A stretch of 64,000 bases of DNA from Minisyncoccota bacterium (GCA_041660025.1 JBAZXD010000001.1:305851-369850); one strand, 5' to 3'. Positions 53,342 to 62,375 are shown, counted from the stretch's first letter. The notes: generated by a model not told the origin, from the sequence alone. Numbers and translations: made by a program.

Positions 53342-54019
53342 TCATACCAAACCTTTCGGGATGACGAGCGAGAGATGTTCGAGAATCATACGCACCGGAG
53401 CGCTCCGGTCGTAGAGATGTCCGCGCAGGGTCGCGATATCGGATAAGAGCGCAGCGACTCCGTCGCCGCGCTTGAGCTTTTCATACGCCACCGCTTCCAC
53501 TCCATTCAGTATCGCAATCGCCTCTTCGCGATTCTCGCGCCGCTCCTCCTCATCCTTCCCGCTCGTAAGATTCTTGATAAGCGCACTGCGCTTCTCCTTG
53601 CTCGCCTTCATAAACTCCGCCGCCGCCGCCGGAATAAAGGACTTACGAAGTCCTTTATGAGTGTCGAGTACTTGGACGCGGGAACGGAGGGTTGGAAGGA
53701 GACCACCAAGGGACGGCAGTATGAAAAAAAGATATGTTCCAGAAGGCGGCTCTTCGAAGAGCTTCAGGAGCGCGTTCTGGGCTTCGTGGTAGGCGCGGTT
53801 CGCGGCGATGATGACGACCTTTGTGTCGCCCGCAAACGGCGCCCCCGCGGCGAGTTCAGACACTCGCCGCGCATCCTCGACCGAGAGCAGTCCGTACTTC
53901 AAAACGATGATGTCAGGATTCCCCTGCACCTTCATCCCGAGCTCCCGCTCCGCCCACGCCTGCGCCGCTTCAATCCCCTCCTCCGCTCCCGCCTCGATAA
54001 CAAACGCATGGTGCCGCAT
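53342..54019 (-). CDS. holB: DNA polymerase III delta'-like subunit (HolB-like, no Walker A)
   Basis: Conserved ALLKLFEEPP, LPTLRSRVQ sensor-2 region and C-terminal helical domain; N-terminus lacks a P-loop. Confidence 0.6.
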   Translation of the reverse strand: MRHHAFVIEAGAEEGIEAAQAWAERELGMKVQGNPDIIVLKYGLLSVEDARRVSELAAGAPFAGDTKVVIIAANRAYHEAQNALLKLFEEPPSGTYLFFILPSLGGLLPTLRSRVQVLDTHKGLRKSFIPAAAAEFMKASKEKRSALIKNLTSGKDEEERRENREEAIAILNGVEAVAYEKLKRGDGVAALLSDIATLRGHLYDRSAPVRMILEHLSLVIPKGLV

Positions 54020-54149
54020 GAGGTGATTATACTCGATATGATTGTTCTTCTTGAATCATTTGACAATATATGAGATATATGCAAAAATATTCTTGGTTTT
54101 TGATTGGCACGCTGTATAGGTGTCTTGTACAAACCGTGGAGAAACGATT

Positions 54150-54290
54150 GTGAAAAAATCCCTGTTCTTCCTGGGCCTTGCGGCCTTTGGTAGTTATCCT
54201 TTCCTCGGATTGGTTGTGCCTGCGACCCTCGGTTTTTTCTTGATGATCGGGGCAATCCTCCCTGAGAAGGCCTCTCACTACCACTGGTAG
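54150..54290 (+). CDS. Putative 46-aa hydrophobic micro-protein (GTG start)
   Basis: ggagaaacgattGTG start context; VKKSLFFLGLAAFGSYPFLGLVVPATLGFFLMIGAILPEKASHYHW. Not in the ORF track (<60 aa). Confidence 0.3.
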   Translation: MKKSLFFLGLAAFGSYPFLGLVVPATLGFFLMIGAILPEKASHYHW

Positions 54291-54391
54291 TGGACCTCGC
54301 TCATCGCCCGCAGAAGCTGTCGCTTCTCGGGCGGTTTCTGTTTTTATATCAAGAATTTAATATTCCAACATTCTTGAGAATGTGAGAATGT

Positions 54392-55417
54392 TCATTGCTT
54401 CGCGAGGATGCTTTTTTGGTACGTATCGAGATGCTTCAGCGCGATGCCGGTGCCGCGCGCGACGCAGTAGTAGGGGTCGTTGGCGAGCTTCGCGACCACG
54501 CCCGTGCGGCGGAAGACGAGCTCCGGCATCTGGCGAAGTTGAGAGGAGCCGCCGGTGAGGATGATGCCGTTGTCGATGATGTCGGCGGCGAGCTCGGGCG
54601 GCGTGTCCTGGAGCACCTTGCGTATCGCCTGCGTCATCTCGCGCAGTTCCCGCGACATCGCCTGCACGATATCGTTCGTCGAGATGTCGACCGTGCGCGG
54701 GAGCCCGCTCATCAGGTCGCGCCCCTTGACCGGCAGAGAGAGCTCTTCGTTCATCGGTACGGCCGCGCCGATCTTTATCTTAATTTCTTCCGCAGTCTTA
54801 TCGCCGATGGCGAGGTTGTGTTGCTTCTTCACGTGGTCAATGACCGCGCGGTCGAGCCGGTCGCCCGCGCACTTCACGCTCGTCGAGGCGACGATGCCGC
54901 CGAGAGAGATCACCGCGACGTCGATGGTGCCGCCGCCGATGTCCGCGACCATCCGCCCCATCGGCTCGTGGATAGGGATGCCCGCGCCGATAGCCGCGAG
55001 GATGGGCTCCTTCACCACGTATGCGTTCTTGGCCCCGGCCTTGAGCGCGGCCTCGATGACCGCGCGCTTCTCGGTCGAGGTGACCCCCGCGGGGACCGAG
55101 ACGAGCACCGTCGGCCTGAACGGATTGTGTCCGAGCGCCTTTTTCATAAAATATCTGAGCATCGCTTCGGTCACGCGGTAATCCGCGATAACCCCGTCCT
55201 TCATCGGGCGGTACGCGATAATGTCGCCCGGCGTGCGGCCAATCATCTTCTTCGCCTCCGCGCCGATGGCGAGTATCTTGTTACCGCCCTGCTTGCCGTG
55301 CGCCTTGCCCACCGCGACGACCGAGGGTTCGTTGATGATGACGCCCTTGCCGGGCACGAAGACGAGCACGTTGGTCGTCCCGAGGTCGATACCGAGCTTT
55401 GGAGAGAAGAAAGACAT
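54392..55417 (-). CDS. MreB/Mbl-like actin homolog (second paralog)
   Basis: LGIDLGTTNVLVFV, DIGGGT and other actin-fold phosphate motifs; ~45% similar to the mreB at 48.5 kb. Confidence 0.85.
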   Translation of the reverse strand: MSFFSPKLGIDLGTTNVLVFVPGKGVIINEPSVVAVGKAHGKQGGNKILAIGAEAKKMIGRTPGDIIAYRPMKDGVIADYRVTEAMLRYFMKKALGHNPFRPTVLVSVPAGVTSTEKRAVIEAALKAGAKNAYVVKEPILAAIGAGIPIHEPMGRMVADIGGGTIDVAVISLGGIVASTSVKCAGDRLDRAVIDHVKKQHNLAIGDKTAEEIKIKIGAAVPMNEELSLPVKGRDLMSGLPRTVDISTNDIVQAMSRELREMTQAIRKVLQDTPPELAADIIDNGIILTGGSSQLRQMPELVFRRTGVVAKLANDPYYCVARGTGIALKHLDTYQKSILAKQ

Positions 55418-55463
55418 TGTTTACATACTACCAAATGGTAGGATAGTTCGCATGCAAGGAGAA

Positions 55464-56762
55464 ATGAATTTCGTCATCGAGGGCGGGAAATCGCTCTCGG
55501 GCTCGGTCGAGGTAAGTCGGTCTAAGAACGGCGCCGTCGCCCTCCTCGCCGCCTCCCTCCTCAACCGCGGCAGGACGACGCTTCACCAGATGCCGAAGAT
55601 CGAAGAGGTAAACCGGCTCATCGAAGTACTTAAATCGATCGGCGTCCAGGTTGAGTGGCGGGGCTCGAGTCTCGTGATATCGCCACCTGAGAAGATTGAT
55701 CTCGGGCTCATCGACACCGAAGCCGCGACCAAGACCCGCAGCATTCTCATGTTCATCGGTCCCCTGATCCACCTCTTCAACGATTTTGAATTACCGCAAT
55801 CGGGCGGCTGTACGCTCGGGCTCCGTTCTATCCGCCAACACTTATGGGTGCTCGAGAAATTCGGCGTCACGATCGAGACGCTCACCGACCGCTATCAGAT
55901 AACGCGGAGCGAACTGACTCCCGCGACCATCATTCTCTACGAGGCGAGCGATACCGCGACCATCAACGCCCTCTTGGCCGCCGCGCGACTCTCCGACACA
56001 TCGGTCATTAAATACGCATCCGCGAATTATCAGGTGCAGGAGGTGTGCGGATTCCTCCGGGCGCTCGGCGTCGCTATCGAAGGCGTCGGCACGAGCACGC
56101 TTACCGTCACCGGCATCGCGGAGATACGGCGCGATATCGAGTACACCGTGGCCGAGGACCCGACCGACGCGATGTTCTTCATCACCGCCGCCGTCGCAAC
56201 CAAGAGCGCGCTCACGATTCGAAAAGCGCCTATCGAATTCCTCGAGGTAGAGCTGTTCGTGCTGGAGAAAATGGGACTGCGGTTTACCGTCGCCCCTGCC
56301 AGCGTGTCGGAAAACGGCATCACCAAGCTTGCTAATATCTCCATCGAGCCGTCAGAGCTCGTTGCATTCCCAGAAAAAATTCATGCACGTCCCTACCCCG
56401 CCCTCAACATCGACAATTTGCCGTTCTTCGCCGTTATCGCGACGCAGGCGAGGGGTACGACCCTCATCCACGATTGGTCCTACGAGAAGCGCGCCATCTA
56501 CTACACCGAGCTCGACCGTCTTGGCGCGCGTACCAATCTCCACGACCCGCACCGCATCTCGATCGAGGGCCCGACCACGCTCAAGGCCGCAGAGGTTATC
56601 TGCCCACCCGCGCTCCGACCCGCGACCATCATCCTCGTCGCAATGCTCGGGGCGAAAGGCCATTCGACACTCCGCAATGTCTACAGCATCAATCGCGGCT
56701 ACGAGAATATCGTCCGCCGCCTCCAGGAGCTCGGCGCCTCTATCGAATCCCACACCGGATAG
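55464..56762 (+). CDS. murA: UDP-N-acetylglucosamine 1-carboxyvinyltransferase
   Basis: MNFVIEGGKSLSGSVEVSRSKNGAVALLAASLL N-terminus (EPSP-synthase fold), preceded by SD caaggagaaATG. The 5' extension of ORF 55221 is antisense to mreB2. Confidence 0.9.
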   Translation: MNFVIEGGKSLSGSVEVSRSKNGAVALLAASLLNRGRTTLHQMPKIEEVNRLIEVLKSIGVQVEWRGSSLVISPPEKIDLGLIDTEAATKTRSILMFIGPLIHLFNDFELPQSGGCTLGLRSIRQHLWVLEKFGVTIETLTDRYQITRSELTPATIILYEASDTATINALLAAARLSDTSVIKYASANYQVQEVCGFLRALGVAIEGVGTSTLTVTGIAEIRRDIEYTVAEDPTDAMFFITAAVATKSALTIRKAPIEFLEVELFVLEKMGLRFTVAPASVSENGITKLANISIEPSELVAFPEKIHARPYPALNIDNLPFFAVIATQARGTTLIHDWSYEKRAIYYTELDRLGARTNLHDPHRISIEGPTTLKAAEVICPPALRPATIILVAMLGAKGHSTLRNVYSINRGYENIVRRLQELGASIESHTG

Positions 56763-56764
56763 GT

Positions 56765-57058
56765 ATGAAATCCATCGGCGAGATGCTCCCCGAGTTCGAG
56801 AAGAAAAGGGCGGAGGCGCCCAAAGGGAGAAAGCGCCAGACCGAGCGCGGCGAAATGATGCGCTTCTTCCTCCGTCATTTGAATTATTCCCGCAAGCAGG
56901 ACGGTCTCGCGCCGATGACGATGGCGCATCTCGGTACCGTCCTTGAGCAGATACCGACACAAGATTTGTATTATTTAAAAAGTGTCTGCAGTCAGGCCAA
57001 AAATTTCGGCAAGAAATTCTGGTGGGAACTCGACCCGACCAAGCACCCTCCCCGCTGA
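56765..57058 (+). CDS. Hypothetical protein
   Basis: 97 aa, start 3 nt after the murA stop; basic; no recognised family. Confidence 0.45.
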   Translation: MKSIGEMLPEFEKKRAEAPKGRKRQTERGEMMRFFLRHLNYSRKQDGLAPMTMAHLGTVLEQIPTQDLYYLKSVCSQAKNFGKKFWWELDPTKHPPR

Positions 57059-57079
57059 TTTTTTGATATAGTTCGCCCT

Positions 57080-58426
57080 ATGAAAGAGATTGTGCAAGAT
57101 GGTGCACCGGTGCTCCGCGAGGTCGCAAGCCCCGTGCCGGAAGAGCTCTTCGGGACGCCGGAACTCGCTCAGATTATCGCCGATATGACCGAGGCGCTCG
57201 ACCGCGAGCTCGAGGGCGTGGCGCTCGCCGCGCCGCAGATCGGCGTTTCCTATCGCATCTTCATCGTGCGGAAGGACCGCACGATAGACGTACATCGTGA
57301 TGAGTCGCATAAACTTTCTTCGCCGAAAGAGTTGGCACCCGAGGTTGAGGTATATATCAATCCTGAAATATTGAAGACCTCGCGGAGGCGTGCGGTGGTG
57401 GACGAGGGCTGTCTCTCAGTCCGCGGCATCTACGGCTCAACCAAGCGGCACGAGCGCGTCACGCTCCGCGCGCGGCGGGTCGACGGTTCCCGCTTCGAGC
57501 GCGGCGGCGGCGGCATAATGGCGCAGATATTCGAGCACGAAACTGACCACCTCAACGGCATCCTCTTCATCGATCATGCTGAACAGCTCATCAGTATCCC
57601 GCGCGGGTCGGCGCATCCGTTCATCTATTTCGGTACGCCACAGGTCGCGAGCGACACACTTGAGATCCTTATCGAACGCGGTTTTCTCCCCTCGCTCGTG
57701 GTCACCTCGCCGGACGCCCCGAAGGGTCGCGGTCTCGCGCTCGCTTCATCAGAGACAAAGGTGTGTGCACTCGCACACGGCATCCCCGTCCTCACCCCCG
57801 AGAAGCTCGATGCCGAAATAATCGCTACTCTCGCCGCACTCGGGGCTGAGTACGCTATCGTCGTCGCCTACGGCAAGATATTCCCCGACGAGCTTATTAA
57901 GGCCTTCCCGCTCGGGGTACTGAACGTCCACTACTCGCTCCTACCGAAGTATCGCGGCGCGACGCCGCTTGAGGCCGCATTGCGCGCGGGCGAGACCGAG
58001 ACCGGAGTCTCGGTCCAGAAGATGGTGCGAGAGCTCGACGCCGGCGACATCATTGCTCAGGAGGCTGTGCCAATCGCTCCCGGCGAGACTGCACGCGAGC
58101 TGCGCCCGCGGCTCATCAAGCTCGGCGCGACGCTCCTCGCCGATACGCTCCCCGCCTATCTTGAAGGCAGTGTCGTCTCCGTTCCCCAGGATGCAGCGCT
58201 CGCTTCGCGCTCAGGGAAGTTGAAGAAGGAGGACGGTCTTCTCGCGCTCGACGCGCCCGCTGAGGAGAATTGGAACAAGTACCGCGCATATGCGGATAGC
58301 ATCGGCACGTATTTCTTTGAAAACGGCAAACGGATGAAGATAACGAGCGCAACATTTAAAAACGGGAAATTCCTCATCGAACGCGTCATCCCCGAAGGCA
58401 AGCGCGAAATTGAGTACAGAAGTTAG
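57080..58426 (+). CDS. def-fmt: Peptide deformylase / methionyl-tRNA formyltransferase fusion protein
   Basis: One 448-aa ORF. Residues 1-~180 carry Def motifs (GVALAAPQIG, EGCLS, QIFEHETDHLNG). Residues ~181-448 carry Fmt motifs (FIYFGTPQVA N-terminus, HYSLLPKYRG, C-terminal beta domain). No stop or start at the junction. Confidence 0.8.
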   Translation: MKEIVQDGAPVLREVASPVPEELFGTPELAQIIADMTEALDRELEGVALAAPQIGVSYRIFIVRKDRTIDVHRDESHKLSSPKELAPEVEVYINPEILKTSRRRAVVDEGCLSVRGIYGSTKRHERVTLRARRVDGSRFERGGGGIMAQIFEHETDHLNGILFIDHAEQLISIPRGSAHPFIYFGTPQVASDTLEILIERGFLPSLVVTSPDAPKGRGLALASSETKVCALAHGIPVLTPEKLDAEIIATLAALGAEYAIVVAYGKIFPDELIKAFPLGVLNVHYSLLPKYRGATPLEAALRAGETETGVSVQKMVRELDAGDIIAQEAVPIAPGETARELRPRLIKLGATLLADTLPAYLEGSVVSVPQDAALASRSGKLKKEDGLLALDAPAEENWNKYRAYADSIGTYFFENGKRMKITSATFKNGKFLIERVIPEGKREIEYRS

Positions 58427-58451
58427 AAGTCAATTTCAAAACGTCCACGAG

Positions 58452-58524
58452 AGCCGGTGCGAAGAAAAACGGTAGTAAGACTTGGCCTAGCGGCCCGGAG
58501 CGCGACCGTTTTTCTTCGTACCGG
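58452..58524 (+). repeat. Structured element copy B: 19-bp stem (one G-U) enclosing the same 35-nt core as at 12341..12375
   Basis: Left arm gccggtgcgaagaaaaacg and right arm cgtttttcttcgtaccggc. The arms differ from copy A but remain complementary; the core is identical. Confidence 0.6.
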
Positions 58525-58546
58525 CGAACGAGTTTTGAAATGATTT

Positions 58547-58909
58547 CTAGCGGCCGAAGCGCAGGATGCGCTTGATCGCCGCGCCGCCGCGCTTCATCAG
58601 CCGTTGCGTGCGGCCGCGCGAGCGCCGTATCTCGGCTTCGAGCTCGCTCCGCACCCTGTCCGCCGCGCTCTCGGGATTCGGCTTTACCGCTTCCGCGTGG
58701 AAGACTTGGTCGTTGATGATGAGCCGCGCGACGAGGCGGCAGGGCTCCGACGAGCGCCCCTCGGGCGGCGCCTCCTCGACCTCTATCTCGAGCAGAGCGC
58801 GGTCGCCCTCCTCTCCGAGCAGGCGGAGCGGTGCCGCGAGCTTCTTCTCGATAAGCGCTTCGGTCTCGGGACTCAGCGTAAACTTTGTCGCCTTGATCGT
58901 AATGTTCAT
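58547..58909 (-). CDS. hpf: Ribosome hibernation promoting factor (HPF/RaiA family)
   Basis: MNITIKATKFTLSPETEALIEKKL matches the S30AE family; start placed at the MNITIK Met. Confidence 0.85.
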   Translation of the reverse strand: MNITIKATKFTLSPETEALIEKKLAAPLRLLGEEGDRALLEIEVEEAPPEGRSSEPCRLVARLIINDQVFHAEAVKPNPESAADRVRSELEAEIRRSRGRTQRLMKRGGAAIKRILRFGR

Positions 58910-58937
58910 AGGAGCGGTATCAGCTGGTAAGCAAAGC

Positions 58938-59159
58938 TTATTCGATACTAACACTTATCATTTTAGCGCGTGAACGGTGTCCTGTCAGGATGCGCACACT
59001 GCCTAATGGCTTTCCGAGGCGCAGGGCAACGAGCTCGCGCACACGCAGATTGGCGCGATTCCCGCTCGCCGGCTCCCGCACCGAGATGAGGAGCGTCTCT
59101 CCCTTCTCTTCGACCTTCTCCTTCTTCGCATCCGGCGTGACGAATATTTTGATATACAC
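58938..59159 (-). CDS. DUF167/YggU-family protein
   Basis: IKIFVTPDAKKEKVEE..LLISVREPASGNRANLRVRELVALRLGKP matches UPF0235. Confidence 0.7.
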   Translation of the reverse strand: MYIKIFVTPDAKKEKVEEKGETLLISVREPASGNRANLRVRELVALRLGKPLGSVRILTGHRSRAKMISVSIE

Positions 59160-59203
59160 ACTCCTATACTACCGTCCGCGCGGGTATACAATCAACAGCA
59201 GCT

Positions 59204-59824
59204 ATGTTCAAGGATCGCAAAGATGCAGGGAAACAGCTCGCACGAAAACTCGCGGTCTATGCGGGGAAGTCTACCGTCGTTCTCGCGCTCCCGCGCGGCG
59301 GAGTCGTCACCGGATACGAGATTTCCCGGGCGCTAAAAGCACCCTTCGATATCATCGCGGTGCGCAAGGTCGGCCATCCGTCCAACCCGGAATATGCGGT
59401 CGGCGCGGTCGATGAGAACGGCGCTTCCCTCTTCAATAAAGAAGAGGCCGCGACGATAGACGCGAAACTGCTCCGTCAGGAAACCGCCAAGGAGCTCACA
59501 GAGGCTCGGCGACGGAGCGTCGTCTATCGCGGCGGGAGAGCGTCGCTGGATCTTGTCGGGAAAATTGTCCTCCTCGTAGATGACGGCATCGCGACCGGCC
59601 TTACCATGCGGCTTGCAGTGCGCTCTGTGAAGGCTCAAGAGCCGGAAAAAGTGATCGTCGCGGCACCCGTTGCGCCGCTTGAAGCTATTCAGTATCTCAA
59701 GAAAGAAGGAGCTGATGACGTTATCACGCTCGAGCCGCCCGAAGCCTTTAACGGCGCCGTCGGCGCCCACTACGAACAGTTCGAGCAGGTGGAGGATGCG
59801 GAGGTTGTAAGATTGTTGCGCTAG
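59204..59824 (+). CDS. Phosphoribosyltransferase-domain protein
   Basis: PRPP-binding motif VLLVDDGIATGLTM. Confidence 0.8.
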   Translation: MFKDRKDAGKQLARKLAVYAGKSTVVLALPRGGVVTGYEISRALKAPFDIIAVRKVGHPSNPEYAVGAVDENGASLFNKEEAATIDAKLLRQETAKELTEARRRSVVYRGGRASLDLVGKIVLLVDDGIATGLTMRLAVRSVKAQEPEKVIVAAPVAPLEAIQYLKKEGADDVITLEPPEAFNGAVGAHYEQFEQVEDAEVVRLLR

Positions 59825-60060
59825 GGCTTCGGATACTGCGCGCGCAGATAGGCAACGATATCGTCCGATTCGTACATCTCGATTCCCTTCTCGCTGTCGA
59901 CGAGGTACGGCACCTGCCGCTTCCCGCCGCGCGCGACGAGCTCAGCGGCGACCGCGTCGTCCGCGATATTCTTCTCGTCAAACGCGATACCGAGCTCCGC
60001 CCCCGCATCGAGCACCTTGTGGCAGAACGGGCATCCGGTCTTCACGTAGAGCGTGAGCAT
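59821..60060 (-). CDS. Glutaredoxin-like protein
   Basis: CPFC active site and thioredoxin-fold length (79 aa). Confidence 0.8.
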   Translation of the reverse strand: MLTLYVKTGCPFCHKVLDAGAELGIAFDEKNIADDAVAAELVARGGKRQVPYLVDSEKGIEMYESDDIVAYLRAQYPKP

Positions 60061-60064
60061 ATCT

Positions 60065-60283
60065 TTATAACTTCCCGATTTCCTTTAAGTCTTTGTCTGG
60101 AATATATAGGATAAACAATCCGATAATGATGCCCCCGAGCGCAGTCCAGACAGGACTACTGCCAAAGAGCCACTTGTCGAATCCGTCCAGCACATACCAG
60201 ATGCCGCGCCAGATCAGGACCAGACCGATAACTATAGAAATGTTTCGAGCGAAATATTGCAATGTGATTTTATTTTTCAACAT
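60065..60283 (-). CDS. Hypothetical small membrane protein
   Basis: 72 aa, two TM helices. Confidence 0.45.
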   Translation of the reverse strand: MLKNKITLQYFARNISIVIGLVLIWRGIWYVLDGFDKWLFGSSPVWTALGGIIIGLFILYIPDKDLKEIGKL

Positions 60284-60376
60284 AAGTAAGTGGGTCCCTC
60301 CATTCTACCGCACAAATGGGCCGAAGTGAACGGCTCAGACGGGGTCTGAGCCGTTCACCGCGCTATACTGGGAGAT

Positions 60377-60700
60377 ATGGAACACCTACATACAGAGGGA
60401 GGGGACAGAGCCAGGGTAACCCCAGAATCTATACAATCGGCGGCAATTAGGTTTAACGGCGGTACGTACACCGGAATAAACCATGCCTATGCTATTCGCC
60501 AGCTTGAAAAAGAGCATCCCGATTGGCAGAGCGTAAATAAGGAACCTGTTCAAGAAGGATTTCTCACGAGTGCCGGAAGATTTGTTGATAGGGACGAGGC
60601 GGGAGAAATCGCAGAGAGAGCGAGCCAGCTCGACCACTTGGACGGAGAAGAGAGAGCGGGCGCGACCTCAAATCTGGACTCCTATCACCTGCCCCATTAA
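60377..60700 (+). CDS. Hypothetical protein (low-GC)
   Basis: 107-aa ORF with no recognised domain. Confidence 0.4.
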   Translation: MEHLHTEGGDRARVTPESIQSAAIRFNGGTYTGINHAYAIRQLEKEHPDWQSVNKEPVQEGFLTSAGRFVDRDEAGEIAERASQLDHLDGEERAGATSNLDSYHLPH

Positions 60701-60710
60701 AAAGATTCCG

Positions 60711-60911
60711 CTAGATACTTGTGCCTGCCCCTCCTTTCTTCCTGTTCTTTACCGCTCCCACTATGCCGGCAATCACTGCGAGGAGTCCGAGCAGTTGCCC
60801 TCCGGGGCTATCGTCCATTTCGCCATAGACAATCATAAATGCCCCGAATGCTATCGCGAGGATGGAGTACGCTACCCTGCGCATATTCATTTGCTTCATA
60901 TCTCTTTGCAA
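60711..60911 (-). CDS. Hypothetical small membrane protein (TTG start in track)
   Basis: 66 aa, two TM helices and a basic C-terminus. Confidence 0.4.
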   Translation of the reverse strand: MQRDMKQMNMRRVAYSILAIAFGAFMIVYGEMDDSPGGQLLGLLAVIAGIVGAVKNRKKGGAGTSI

Positions 60912-61009
60912 CCCTCACAACGACCCTCTGGTTTCTGTACAGAACATTGCGACATATGGTTTTTCGGTTAGAATGCAGACACGCCTTCCGCAAGGAGGGC
61001 GCACCACAT

Positions 61010-61081
61010 TCCGCGGTAGCTCAGTGGTAGAGCGGCTCGCTGTTAACGAGTTGGTCGTAGGTTCGAATCCTACCCGCGGAG
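61010..61081 (+). tRNA. tRNA-Asn (anticodon GTT), no encoded CCA
   Basis: Acceptor TCCGCGG/CCGCGGA, D arm GCTCAGTGGTAGAGC, anticodon loop CTGTTAA (GTT), T arm GTAGG-TTCGAAT-CCTAC, discriminator G. Confidence 0.85.
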
Positions 61082-61097
61082 CTTAGTTTTCAAAATT

Positions 61098-61580
61098 ATG
61101 GATACCCTCACTTTGACGAGTCCTGCATTCGAAAATAACGGGATGATTCCCGCGAAGTACACCTGCGACGGGGATCGCGAACTCTCGCCGCCGCTCGCTA
61201 TCGACGGCGTGCCAGAGGCGGCGAAGTCGCTCGTGCTTGTTATGGACGACCCGGACATTCCAGAAGTGAAGAAGCGGGAGTTCGGGCTCGAGGCCTTTGA
61301 CCACTGGGTGCTCTTCAATATCCCGCCAAAGACGCGTGAGATACCCGAGGGTACCGCGGCGGGCACGCCAGGCGCCACCACCCGGGGCGAGCCGCACTAC
61401 GTCGGCCCCTGCCCGCCGCCCGAGTACGAGCCGCGCGAGCACCGCTACTTCTTCCGGCTCTACGCGCTCGACGCTCCCCTCCCGCTCCCCGCCGGTGCGA
61501 CGAAAGACGAGGTGCTCTCGGCGCTCGCGCCGCACCTCCTCGCCGAAGCAGAGCTCGTCGGCCGTTACTCCAGGAAATAA
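61098..61580 (+). CDS. YbhB/YbcL-family PEBP (Raf-kinase-inhibitor-like) protein
   Basis: PEBP signature (DPDIP...FDHWVLFNIP...PPxxxHRYFFRLYALD). Confidence 0.85.
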   Translation: MDTLTLTSPAFENNGMIPAKYTCDGDRELSPPLAIDGVPEAAKSLVLVMDDPDIPEVKKREFGLEAFDHWVLFNIPPKTREIPEGTAAGTPGATTRGEPHYVGPCPPPEYEPREHRYFFRLYALDAPLPLPAGATKDEVLSALAPHLLAEAELVGRYSRK

Positions 61581-61669
61581 TCCTCCGACGAATCTGGTTG
61601 CGTGGACACAAAATCGGGCGTATAAGACAAAAGGAACGATTAGATAAACCACTACAAAGGAGCAATACG

Positions 61670-62359
61670 ATGTTGCCCACACGGGAAATGATTGAAATGT
61701 TGCAGGCTGCGCTTATGCAGGGGGATTGGAAAATCCTGATGGTACCCGCCCCCGGCAGTAGTCTGCTGAATACGGTTCCCATCATCGACTTCCGATTTCA
61801 GGATATTCTGGTCCTGGTCCTCGACCTTCAGCACGAGACCGGGGAGAAGGAGACGCTGAGAGCTCAAGTGAAGAGCGTCGATATCCAAGGACAGTTCGGC
61901 ACCGGCGGTACCGAACCGCGGAGGTTCACGGTCTCTTTCCGCGATACTTCTGGGACCCTGCATCAGCAAGCGCTGGAGGGCATCGGAGGCTGGGGCATAC
62001 TCGGGTCCGGGGACGTCGGTCTGGCATTCATCCGCGACAAGGATGCTCCGCCGGGCTGGCCACTCCATCGGAATGGTTCCCGTGTATACGGGTTCGAGGA
62101 ACACTTAAGCCGTCTCGGAAGCGGCGAGAATCTCCTCAGAACTTCACGTATTGCCCAGCCCAAAGCCCTCCTGGTCGATGATGTGCTCGCGACGGGCGAC
62201 CGCGTGTTGTCCACTCCGCGACAAGGATGCAACGGCTCCATCCTCGTCCACTTGACCGGCGGATTCGATGGTCACTGGATCGAGATGGCGCCACGGCTCC
62301 CGATTGCCCTGCTCACGAAGGAGGATAATGCTCCGCAGGGGCTCTGGAACCTTCAATAG
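61670..62359 (+). CDS. Hypothetical protein
   Basis: 229 aa from the ATG with a strong SD (caaaggagcaatacgATG); no recognised domain. Confidence 0.5.
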   Translation: MLPTREMIEMLQAALMQGDWKILMVPAPGSSLLNTVPIIDFRFQDILVLVLDLQHETGEKETLRAQVKSVDIQGQFGTGGTEPRRFTVSFRDTSGTLHQQALEGIGGWGILGSGDVGLAFIRDKDAPPGWPLHRNGSRVYGFEEHLSRLGSGENLLRTSRIAQPKALLVDDVLATGDRVLSTPRQGCNGSILVHLTGGFDGHWIEMAPRLPIALLTKEDNAPQGLWNLQ

Positions 62360-62375
62360 GCAAGACGCTCGACAC

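Noticed and set aside
55221-55463. N-terminal extension of murA
   Set aside because: Overlaps the 5' end of the minus-strand mreB paralog. An SD (aaggag) sits in front of the internal ATG at 55464, which aligns with MurA N-termini.
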